This document shows positions 46,370 to 57,728 of a stretch of 64,000 nucleotides of DNA, one piece after another. Positions within the stretch are counted from its first letter, which is position 1. Each line of letters opens with the position of its first letter. The stretch spans positions 5,704,001 to 5,768,000 of the forward strand of contig CM120642.1 of assembly GCA_051362555.1 (NCBI GenBank), in the 5' to 3' direction. This DNA is from Lingula anatina. Lineage: Eukaryota; Animalia; Brachiopoda. The position numbers and the translations under genes are program-made. Under the pieces are notes generated by a model. The model was given only the letters and a program-made list of their open reading frames with translations, was not told where the DNA came from and did not search any database.

Positions 46370-48786
46370 CAGCTGACTCCCATTCCGAGATTACATGAGA
46401 TGCGCACGCATATCTACCCAGAATGCAATTAGCGCTGCATAATGGTTACCCAGAGCAGCGAACGATTTTTGCTGATGCAAAATCGCGTTTTTTCTTATTA
46501 ATTTCCTATTATATGGTCCTTTTCTGCGGCGAAGGACATTGCCTTACTTATGCGGTAAGCATTTGCAATTTATGCCGAAACTGTGGCTCTTAATTTTGAG
46601 GCTCTCGTGCGCGGGAAGTTAACCTCGTTCTTCGACTCCAATTTCTGGCTGAGTCACGTGGAATTAGTCTTTGTAATCGAAAAAATGAGCAACAAGCAAT
46701 TTATTTTAGCGGAGACTGTTTCAGTCCGATGCCGAAAAACCTAAAGCTAAAGCCAAAAAGGCCTCGGCCGCTCGTGTAGCGCCAAATAATCCAAAAACTG
46801 ACAAAATGTCGGCAAGTAAAGATGGGAAAAGTGCAGTAGCAGATGACGCTCTGTCCTGTTCGTCGGCGTCACGCACGTCGGCGACCAATGCAACGCATGA
46901 TGATGAGGCGTGTTTTACAGCACCTGCAATGAAGTAAGGCGCTGAAAGTGCTCTCTGTTTTGATTCCAACTCCATGGCTAAGAGGAGTCGCATTGATAGC
47001 GAATTTTCCAATGCGCCATTTGATGAATTTGGAGATCATACGGATGCAGGTAAAAATTATGATATAGACATGAAACTTGATAAATTGCTTGACTCTGATG
47101 ATGAAGGGGATATTCAGCAGCAGGAGGATGAACTGTTAGCTGAGTTAGAGAAGGAATTCCTTGCCCCTGATGAAGAAGTGGGGCCTGCTTTTCAGGCAAA
47201 GTTCGGGGAGCTTATTAATAATATGTTTACATCTCCCATGTCAGATGAAAAAGTGAAAGCGTTGTCAGAAAAATGTCTGACACCTGAGAATTGTCCCAAT
47301 ATCTGCAACGCCCGTGTGAATCAAGAAATTTGGGGTGTTATGAACACCTCAGCCCGCATTACTGACATTGCAGTGAGCAAAATTGGGGCAAGGATGGTTA
47401 AGAGCGTCTTGCCCATTGTACAGGTTGTAGATCAACTCTATCAAGCAAGAGCCGAGGGGAAAAATGCTGATATACCCCGTGCCATACGTGGTTGTATGGA
47501 CTCTTTGGCACTCATGGGCAGTGCTGTACATGAACTGAATTTGCATCGCAGAAATTCTGTTAAAAAGGACCTACCACCCAGAGCGCAGAGAGTGGCTTCT
47601 AAGGTCAAGGACGAGTCTAGTCTCCTATTTGGTACAGAGTTGCAGAGAACAATGACTCCTGATGCTCATATCCTTTCATGTGTTAAAGGGGTGGCATTAG
47701 AATTCAATGATACGCCAGTGGAGCAAGCTGTCCCTAAGCCTTACAGATTTGATGAAACTAAATCCAGGCTTATTGACCAGCAAATTCAAATTATGTTGAA
47801 CAAAGGCATTATTCAACCCGCGCGACATTCTTCGGGTGAGTTCATATCAAATATATTTACCAGGGACAAAAAAGATGGTGGTATCAGAGTCATTCTAGAT
47901 CTGACAGAGTTGAACAAATTTATCCAGTATCATCATTTCAAGATGGATACTTTTCAGACAGCTTTAGATTTCATTTTCCCTAATTGCTACATGGCATCGA
48001 TTGATTGGAAGGATGCTTATTTCTCAGTGCCCACTAGAAATGAAGATCGAAAGAGCCTCTGCTCCAAGAATCTTTACTAAAATCACAAAGGTTATGTTTG
48101 CTGAACTTAGAAAGAAAGGTTTTCTTTGCTCTTCATATATTGATGACTCGTTTTTGGTAGGTGACAAGAAAGAATGTGAAGAGAATGTTATGATCACTTT
48201 TGAATATTCTGAGAAGTCTGGCTGGGTTACTCACCCAGTCAAGTCACGATTTAAACCAGCACAACAAAGAACTTTCTTAGGCTTTATCATTAATTCAGTC
48301 CTAATGAATGTTACCTTGCCCCAGATAGAATTCAAAAAATGATCACACGTATCTCTAAGATTATAGATGATAATGGTAGAGTCACTATACGCGCATTAGC
48401 GGAGGTTATTGGACTAATGGTGGCTAGTTTCCAGGCAGTTGAATTTGGGAAACTTTATTATCGTAGGTGTGATAGTTTTAAATCACTGGTATTGCAACAG
48501 CACGCAGAGTCTTTCTAGATCTGACAGAGTTGAACAAATTTATCCAGTATCATCATTTCAAGATGGATACTTTTCAGACAGCTTTAGATTTCATTTTCCC
48601 TAATTGCTACATGGCATCGATTGATTGGAAGGATGCTTATTTCTCAGTGCCCATTAGAAATGAAGATCGAAAGTACTTGAGATTTGTTTGGAATTCAAAC
48701 CTCTATCAGTTCACTTGTCTGCCTAACGGTCTAGCCTCTGCTCCAAGAATCTTTACTAAAATCACAAAGGTTATGTTTGCTGAACT
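46370..48786 (+). mobile_element. DIRS-type (tyrosine recombinase group) retrotransposon fragment: gag-like ORF fused by deletion to a partial RT
   Basis: Gag-like PENCPNICNARVNQEIW...DSLALMG..LNLHRR..LLFG; RT FISNIFTRDKKDGGIRVILDL..LN, IDWKDAYF, LPNGLASAPRIFTK, YIDD, FLG. RNase H and recombinase missing; left boundary approximate. Confidence 0.85.
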
Positions 48787-48921
48787 GAATTAATGATAAA
48801 GCCTAAGAAAGAAAACCTAACTACACGCCCAGTACAGTGAAAACAATGTTAAACATAGGCTTTGACGAAGTGGACAAAAACCCTATGCAAAGGACATACA
48901 GACTCTTTTAAAGTTGAAAAG

Positions 48922-49440
48922 ATGAAGAGACGAAAAGCTGGTAAAAGTAAGGGACACACAGACGATTACTTGAAGAAAATATATTACGATCCTTCTAATC
49001 CCGCTAGCTTTGGAAGCGCGTTGAAATTATATGAAGCGACGCGAAGAGATAAAAAGAAAATCAGCCTAAAGCAGATGAAGGAGTTTTTGGCCAGGCAAGA
49101 TACGTATACGCTACACGCCAACGTCAGAAAAAGATTTCGCACCAACCGCGTCCTTGTTGGTCGTACAGATCAGCAATGGCAGGCGGATTTAGCCGACCTC
49201 GGTAAAATATCTACCTTGTGTAAGTACAACAAGGGTTATAAGTACCTTTTAACCGTGATTGATATATTTTCAAAATTTGCATGGGCTGTTGCTATTAAAA
49301 CAAAAACTGCTGACAGTGTTTTAGAAGCGTTTAAAAAGAATTTAGCTGAAGGTCCAAAACCGGCTATCCTTCAGTCAGATGCCGGAACAGAATTTACTAA
49401 TAGGAAATTTCAAGCATACCTCAAGGAACAGGGATGTGCT
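48922..49440 (+). pseudogene. Polinton retroviral-like (RVE) integrase, 3'-truncated
   Basis: YYDPSNPASFG..KLY, QDTYTLH, QWQADLADL, YKYLLTVIDIFSKFAW, QSDAGTEF; similarity ends before the catalytic Glu. Confidence 0.9.
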
Positions 49441-49998
49441 CAAACCTTTCATATCTTGAACCAAGATCTGATATACAGTGTACTATAGCTACTGTGACAT
49501 TCATCAAATTGGGTCTGTTGGGGGATGGGAGCATTTAAGGTGACTACCGTACTAGTATTAAGAATGTGTATATTTACCCCGTGGACCATTTGAAGATTAC
49601 TCTACGATTAATTCGGTGGAAAATACAATAGAGGGAGTGTATAATGATAGGGTCGCTAAACGATTGTTGTCGGCATATTGACTGCGGAAATTTCATATTG
49701 GATGAAATAACTGATAACAAATTTAACTAGCAGTTTGTAAGCAACACAAAAATCATAATCAGCTGCGCGTGCCAAACTAGTGAACAAAGGGACAGTTCGC
49801 TACGCGTGGCACGCGTAAGCATGGGTTCTAACCTCTTAAAGCTATAATCCTATCGCCGCAACAAACAATGAGGACCTTCTGGCTGATGTATCCTGCTGTT
49901 AATTACACCTAGTTACAGCGGATTGTCTTGTCGCGCTGGACCACAGAAACCGGCGTCATGGGGTTCACTCGTCTTAAGTATTGTGTTATTCCACCTAA

Positions 49999-51205
49999 AG
50001 CCTGGGTCACACTGCGCTTGCAACCTTTTGGCAACCTCTTTGCAACCTCAGTCTCAAGGAGGTTACCAAAGATTTTAAAGTGGTCGCATAAGGTTGCTAA
50101 CAGGTCGCCTGCGATCGTTGACACATGAAGGCCATTTTTTGTGCACCGACAACCAGTGCGACTAAAGATGAAAATTATTGGTATCCTAAAGGTTGCCTAT
50201 CGGTCTCTTCTTGGTTGTCAGTAGGTTGCTATAACCAGCAGCATACCATTTGCAACTGCATGGTCGATTTAGCGTATTTAGTCGACTGGTCGCTTACAAG
50301 TTTTTTACCAGTCGCAAGTAGTCGGCAGCAGGTCGCTAGAAGGTTGCAGTTGTAACTGCATGGTCGATTGACGTTATTTAGTATCTTGGTCGCTCACAGG
50401 TTTTTTGCCGATCGCAGGCGTTCGAAAATATGTCGCAGGAAGGTTGCAAGCGACTGCAAAAAAAAAAAAAAATAGGCGTAGGATGGTGGTCTATTTGGGC
50501 AAAGACTTTTTTTCATAATATGTTATGTAAGCCTTCTAAATATCAAGGTCATAAATTATAATACTTTAGAAAAAGTAAACATAAATTGCATTTGTTGGCA
50601 ACATTTTAAACCAATTGCCAAGGCTTTCATATACCAGGTATTTCACACTTACGAAACCAAAAAAAATGTGATGATAAAAGCAATGTACGCTTTTTTGACG
50701 TTTATTTATTTTATCATTTTACGAAAATCATAGGTAAAATGCCGAAAACCTCAATTATATATCGCTGTAAGTTATTTAAAATTTGCAAACCCATATTATC
50801 AGAGTAAACAATGAAACAAATACACGAATGCTGAGAAAACGGAAAATAAAAGCAATTTAATCAGCAAGGTATAACTGCTATTTAATATCATAATTTCAAC
50901 AATCAAAATCATCCACAAACAAATCGTAAAATGTGTCCAATAGACTCAAATAAAAATAGATTCAACACAAACAATTTAACATCTTTCCAGTGCTTGGTAT
51001 CCTCACTACAAGGATGAGAGTGTAAAAAGTACACGATGCGCATGGCTTGTCACGATTTAATTACGTTGTATTGTAAGTGGCAAACGTCTAGGATTAAAAA
51101 GACAAAGGGAAAACCACACATTCGGTTGTAAATCAGTTGCAAAGCAGTCGGATACCACAAGTAGGTTTTTCGGTCGCCAGGAGGTTATCGGTGCTGCACC
51201 GAAAA
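49999..51205. mobile_element. Left part of a non-autonomous Harbinger/Tourist-like element
   Basis: TAA then AGCCTGGGTCACACTG, followed by dense GCAACC/GGTTGC/GGTCGC subterminal repeats; right TIR not found. Confidence 0.5.
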
Positions 51206-51209
51206 CCGG

Positions 51210-54200
51210 TGTAGCGTGCCGTAGAGTCCGGCCCTTTCAGAGTCCGGCCCTTTCAGAGTCCGGCGGACCCTATGTTTTAAAACTGAGTGTCCGGGGGACT
51301 TCATATATTAAAACGTACAGTCCGCAGACTTTTAGATTTAAAATGGACAGTCCGCTTTGAATCGGAGGGCCCCCCTCATTGTTGCATTTTAGGCAATAGA
51401 AAATGGAGTTTAATCCGTACTAATACGGCTATATTCCTTATTTTTTGCAATATGTACGCTTTATACATTTCATTGAAGTAATAGTTATATTGGTGCAATA
51501 TAATTGTAACCAATTATCAATAAAAAATAAAATTTATTGAATTAAAAAGACAAGAATACAGAAAGCCTGGGTGTTTATTGTTTACAATCTTTGTTTTACA
51601 AAATACTCATTTGTGTCATTCTTTTATATTTAACTGGTTTCAGCTTCGCCTTCAGCTCTGAAATACAGAAAAATCAACGTGCTGTAAATGCCGTCCAAAT
51701 TGGTAATGAAAACGCAATGACAATATATATAAAGTTGATGTTTCAATAGCTAACATTGTTTTTTATAGATTAGATAAAAGATGCTTTTTACATTTTATAA
51801 TTTTTAAAAAGAAAAATCACCTATTTTCTCTGTACTGCTTTAGTTGACCAGCACCCACAGCCCTCTTAAACTTTTTCCCTTGTAAATTTTGCAGAATATA
51901 CGTGCCGTTTGGCTTCTTCGCCACTATTGTGTATGGTCCCATGTACCTTGGGGCAGCTTTGCCTCCCTTTCTATCTTCCCTTCTGAAGTTTTTCTTTAAA
52001 ACTTTACTTCCAACCTGAAAGTCCTTCGTGAAAAATATTTAAAATGGTATGTATTATCGATGGTAAAAAAGAATATATGCCACACACCATTGATACTACG
52101 TACCTTAAAGGAAATTACACAATGTCAATATATTTGATAAAGATATTGATTTTCTGTGAAAATAAGACATTACTTAAGTTTTTAATCCTAAGTATATGAT
52201 TAACAAGAAATTAATTCCTACTTCACTCTGGTGTCTCAGGTCGTAATATTTTTTTTGCTTTTCTTGGGCAGTACGGATGTTCCTTTGTGCTGCTTGTCTG
52301 ACAATATTGTTAAGGTGGTTAATGGTTTCTACCCTGGAATGCACATCTTCCACAATTTCACCAACTTCTTCATCAGTTTGAAGACTTGGTTCCCTGAAAT
52401 TAAGTGTATTGGCAGTTATTATTCAAAATGTCGTTGGCATTTGATCTGTCATATTGTCAGCACTGTGTACAAAAAAAAAAATAAAAAAATAAAAAAAAAA
52501 AAACAGTCTTCATCTATCAGTTAATGTACATAGAAATAAAAATAATTGTTTACAACTGCAACTTTTAATAAAAGTGAATCTCTAATTTTTTTTCTTTTAT
52601 TGATTTATAAGAGTATATTTCAATTTGATGCGATTAAAATACATACACTCCAAACATCAAGAAATAGGGACTCATCTTGGTGGAATCTTGTATTGCTGTG
52701 TTGTAGGCAAATACACAGCCCGCTAGGGTATCGTCCCACCTTTTTGGGTCGTCGTTTGACTTTGCCATACTATTTTGAATGGTCTGATTGAATCTCTGTG
52801 TTTGAAGAGCAATAAAGTAAAATAGCATCATCAATGCCAATAGAAATCAGTATAGAACGTGAGGTACTATAAGGTGGTTGTTGAATTCCCGACCCTGGTC
52901 AGAGATGATCACACTCGGGAATCCAAATCTAAATCAGGTAATCGATAGCATTAATAAATAAAATATAAGATAACATGAGTTTAATATATTATCTCAATAT
53001 GTTATTTAATAATGACGAGATGCATAGATGATTCACAGGCAAAATGAAGAAGTTTTAGCACTATAGAATAAAACACTCACATCATCATGAGTTCAAGGAG
53101 GTATGAAGCTACTTCAGTGGCACATTTGCTCTTAAAAGGTTTTGCCGAAGCATGTTTTGTCAAATAGCACAACACTGAACAGAAGTACTTGTTTCCGTTG
53201 TACGATTCCTCCATTGCCACAAGGTCAATTCCAATCTGTAATAGATATTTTATAATAACATGAATATAAAGTAATATCTGTGTTAAAGGAAAAAGGCATT
53301 GCGGGTGTGTTAAATTTTGGCCTGTCATGTATAATAATTGATGGATAACCATTTCGTAATCTTTATTAAGCTTTTTTTCTATATTTTAATGTGTAATTAT
53401 TAAAAAGGGGTAACTACCTGGCTCCATGGCTTACAACTAGACACTGGTACTGGGTGGAGAGGAGGGGTGGTGTTCTTAGCTTTTGGATTTTGCATTTGAC
53501 ATCTATGGCACCTAGCTATGTATTTTTTTACATCATCTGACATGCGATGCCAAAAGAAACGTTGCTGCACTTTGAGGAGAGTCTTTGTGACTCCCATGTG
53601 ACCACCTACATTAAAACATTAAAAGAGACATTAAAGATAATGCAAAATACTAAAAGCATATAATGCCAACCAAATAAATTTTAAATATAATAAGTCTGAA
53701 CATAAGCTGCGTCCTTACTTTCGTCATGTAATTGATTTATTATTGTGTGCTTCTCCTCAGAATTTTCCACAACTTTCCTCCATTTTCCGTTAGTGACCGT
53801 GGTTCCTCCATCCTCAACATTATTGATTTTCTTTTCAGTTCTCTACAATAGTATTCCATCTTGTAGCTAGAAAAAAAGGGAAATTAAGAAATACGCTATG
53901 CGCGCTCCATGAGGTAGAGACGAAAAGGTTGATACGAAATTAAAAAATGCTTGTGTTATCATGCAGTTACAGCGTCTTTGTATACACCCAATGAACACTT
54001 TTTTACAATGCTTCTTGCATTATGTAAGTATATGACAACCTGCAAATTGACAGTCTGAAACAGTGTTAAATATACGCAGCTAGTATTTTGTTTACCTTGT
54101 AATGTTTTTTAGCGGTGCGTCTCAAACATCTTTCAGCGTTCAACGTTGCGCCAGCTTGGTACTTTCCCTCTAATAAATACAACCGCACCGCTTTAGGATC

Positions 54201-54897
54201 CATCGTGAGTTGACTGCGAGTAAGATGAACCCTCCATAAATATATAGGTCTCGTGTGTGAAGAGTTATAATTCCCTGAGGCGTACCCATTAATACACGGG
54301 TGTATACCTTTAGATGGGTTTAGCTTTTACGTTGGTTTATCTAGTGAATGCAGTAAAATACACCCAGCGTAAAATGAGATTACCCATCGAAAAGTATTCA
54401 CTAAATATTATGATAAAATAAAAAATAACATTGGTATAACGATAAAAAGGACCATTATAGTTTAAGAATATGTTTATATAAACACTCTGAAATGGGGCTC
54501 CTGTGTGATACGAACCTGTTTACTCACCATATCCATATCAGCTGCTGGATAGCCTCTTTTCCATCCCTGCATCTCTGCCACTGTACCACGAAGGAAGCTG
54601 TGCCGAAAACCCGAAACACGGTAACTCTTATTGTCAACGCCTTTTCGTGTTCAGTAGTAATACAATACGAATATTGATTTCTATTCTTATGAACACTTAA
54701 TACATGTATAAATATTTAAATTAGAGGACAAGCACGGACTCTGAGTTTTGCTATAGTTGTAACGTGACAGAAAGTCCGTGTAATAGAGAGTCCGGGGGAC
54801 CCTATATTACACGGACTCTCTGTCACACTAGAGGGACCCTATATTTTAATGAGGACTCCCGGTTTCTATGTTTCGACGGACTCTGTGTCACGTTACA
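51210..54897 (-). mobile_element. Ginger (gypsy-integrase-related) DNA transposon
   Basis: TGTAGCGTG...CACGTTACA termini, CCGG on both flanks (51206-09, 54898-901), AGAGTCCG subterminal repeats, intron-containing integrase with no RT. Confidence 0.85.
51630..54203 (-). pseudogene. Ginger integrase/transposase, multi-exon, decayed
   Basis: HMGVTKT..RFFW..CHRCQ (HHCC), PLHPVPV..PWSQ|IGIDLV, PSVIISDQGREFNN, RFNQTIQ, AYNTAIQDSTKMSPYFLMFG, PRYMGPYTI (GPY/F); exons separated by GT-AG introns. Confidence 0.88.
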
Positions 54898-55552
54898 CCG
54901 GTTTCACAAAGCAGTAGTTAGTTAGCGATCGATAGTTAGCCTATCGCTAATTATCAGTTCCGTTTCACGAAGCAATCGCTAGTTCTCTCGCTCGTTATTG
55001 TCTCGTTGTTACCTTGGATATTTAACGACTGGTCAGACCAGTCGCTAACTCTAGAGTTTCATCGTACGCATGCGTAATGAGTGAAATAAAAAGGTTGCTT
55101 AGTTACCGTTGTCTGTCGTTTGGCTACCTTTCTTGCTAACCGTTACCGCCAGACGGCAACGTAGACTACGACGTTTTCATGAAAGGCAGAATCTATTAGA
55201 ATATACACACGATGATGCAATTTACGAGAGGTTGCGCCTAGCTGTGACAAAAAGAGCGGCAAAAAGGTGGTGGAGATCCTTTACGACGACCCCAAAGCAG
55301 ACGTTCTTGTGCATTTCCAGCCATCAAAAATTGGAGAGTTAGTGCTTTCGTGACAGAGTTCCACTTCCGGCAGACGGTTTCGAGACTACGGTGAGTAACG
55401 AGAGAACTAGCGACCGAACTTTACGACTGAACTTAGCGATAAGTTAACTACTGCTTCGTGAAACACCCCTCGAAAATCGCTAAGTTTGCTCGTTAGCGAG
55501 GTAGTTCAGTAGTTAGTTGTTCTAACTAACTACTGCTTTGTGAAACCGGCCC
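54898..55552 (+). mobile_element. Harbinger internal-deletion derivative (MITE-like)
   Basis: TIR CCGGTTTCACAAAGCAGTAGTTAGTTAG / CTAACTAACTACTGCTTTGTGAAACCGGCCC followed by CTG; residual transposase N-terminus RRFHERQNLLEYTHDDAIYERLRL. Confidence 0.8.
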
Positions 55553-57206
55553 CTGTACTGTAAATTTTTAATTTGTTTTAATATTTTAAAAGATTATTAC
55601 AGAGTAAAGCCATCATGTGATTGGATGGCAAGCACAGATTCCAAAACACTTGTGAAAACTACTATTTGGTGGTAAAATAGAATATATATATTGTATTCCC
55701 ATGGGTTCTTTACACTGTATTTATTCTGAAATGTGAATCTCATATAAACAGTTGTTAACCCTTTAAAATATTTATTTAAGAAAAAACGAATTTGTCTGTG
55801 CAAAATAAAGAAAAACAACTTGATGGGCTTCATTTTAAACTTAATTTTTGGATTCAGAAATGTACAATTACCAACATAATTTCATAAGTTACACTGAAAC
55901 ATGTAAGGTACATGTAGTATTGCATAGAAAAAGAAGGTGCAACAGTATTGAATTTACAAATAAGATATGAAAATGGCACACATTATTTGACTATCATTTG
56001 AAAACTGCAATAATATCCTAAATAACCGGTGATAATCGCCAAAATAAAAAAAAAAAAACATCTGCAAATGTTAACAAATGTCGTGTTGGGCTCTTTTTGG
56101 GTCATGGATGACGTCAAAACCTGGATTTTGCACGATTTCTGGTACAAAAGAATGCTGCAACATTTCTTTCCAAAGATGGATTTTGATAATTTTTTTATAC
56201 ATACAACATTGATTAAAAGATACGTTATCTCTTATCTCTAATTTCACACACTCTCTAGTTGAGGAATAGTGGCCAAAGTTACCAAGTTGCCAAGGTCAAA
56301 TTTTAGCGCTCAGTGAGACTTTGACGAACGCAAGCTCACGCTAAACGACAAAATTTCAGTAGAAGGCTACATGAATATGAAGTCTACATATCTCACAATC
56401 ATATTATCGTATTAGACTTTCTAGGCATGCATATACAGTATTTAAAGTATTTAACCATTCTTCGACCAAGTTGAAATTTTTACAATATTTGAGCCCGACA
56501 TAACGTCCTGGCGCGAGAAAACGACGTTATATCACTCCGCTTCGACAGTATGTGTCCTACTGTTATACATATTGACGTGTTCCTTCTGGTGACTGAAAAA
56601 AAATCAGTGGAGCAAAGTCACTGTTCTGTAAGTAGCTCAGAATAATAGTATGCCCATCCTCCATGCTGCTCTAACAGTATAGGCCTATTTGCTTTCTAAA
56701 TAAGTTCAGGTAACGTTATTAATCATAAAAGGCGAACCATGCTCGCAATGCAAATTGTCTTTTTCGTGTTGTGCTTCAAGCCGATAGGAACTTGTCCATT
56801 CAAGTTTTTGCTGTTTGAAAATGCTTCTTCACTCCCTATGGACTCCCGTTAGAATTTTCACCTGAAAAACGATTTTTACAATGTAAGACAAAATTCATGT
56901 TTCACGTTCAATTTTTGAACATCTAAAGTTCTTAACTCTATAACGAAGATCTTGCAGGATCTATTCCGAGTCAACGTTAAAATGTTTTACTTATTAAAAA
57001 ACATGTTTGGTTTATTACTTTCTTCTGCACGCGTCTAGATGAAAAGATTTTGGTTCAATACAAATCAGATTAAATCGACCTTTTTTTAAATTCCATTTCA
57101 AATCCTTTTCGAATTTCGTTTTTAATCTTGTTAAGAACTTCAAGGGGAAGTGACAGTTTAAATCCAATACGAACGACTGATGCACTTGACGATATTTACC
57201 TTAGAT

Positions 57207-57728
57207 TTATCCATATTTGTCATAGAAGGTTGGGGTTTCCTTTCCGCACGGTCCTTCGCAGTCACATTGCTTGTACCTACCGTCCCAAGAGCATTTGACG
57301 GGACCAGGATCGGATCTGCTGGTTCTCTTGCACTTTGTCGCCACGCAATACTGCTTTCCCTTCTCTCCACAGGGTGCGGGAGAGGAATTTGGCAATTGGC
57401 AAATGCCCCTCTTCTTAAAATCCCCCCAAAGTCCTGTGTAAGGGCCACTACCTGTGCAGTCCTCCGGATCGTAAGGACATGTTTCCACGGTTTTCGAAAC
57501 ATGGCGATAGCAACTCCCTCTGAAGCCTGAAAATGGTGGGGACTTAACGCATCCGAAACCGGCGTTGTTGCACCGCATGCAAATGGCAGATCTCCATCTA
57601 TGTGACCACTGTTGAGAGCATTTCCTCTCACAAGGGCCCCATGCGCTCCACGGAGTTCTTTTGTAAATGTATGCATCCGATGCAGTTAATGCAATCGCAA
57701 AACAGACAAATAAGGCGCACCACTGCAT
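57207..57728 (-). CDS. Intronless small secreted Cys-rich protein with a thrombospondin type-1 (TSR)-like repeat, 173 aa
   Basis: AAAATG start, hydrophobic signal peptide ending ASDA, WSAWGPCERKC..HRWRSAIC motif, 16 Cys in the mature part, no disablements. Confidence 0.8.
   Translation of the reverse strand: MQWCALFVCFAIALTASDAYIYKRTPWSAWGPCERKCSQQWSHRWRSAICMRCNNAGFGCVKSPPFSGFRGSCYRHVSKTVETCPYDPEDCTGSGPYTGLWGDFKKRGICQLPNSSPAPCGEKGKQYCVATKCKRTSRSDPGPVKCSWDGRYKQCDCEGPCGKETPTFYDKYG

Larger units (their letters stand above)
41519..49440. mobile_element. Polinton/Maverick fragment (left terminus, pPolB, integrase) interrupted by a DIRS fragment
   Basis: Candidate AGTAGT terminus at 41519 followed by a repeat-bearing TIR-like region; pPolB on minus and RVE integrase on plus. 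No right terminus, capsid, ATPase or protease gene seen. Confidence 0.8.

Noticed and set aside
57158-57676. 172-aa alternative-frame ORF and antisense ORF over the TSR gene
   Set aside because: No recognisable features; the TSR frame has the signal peptide and Cys pattern.
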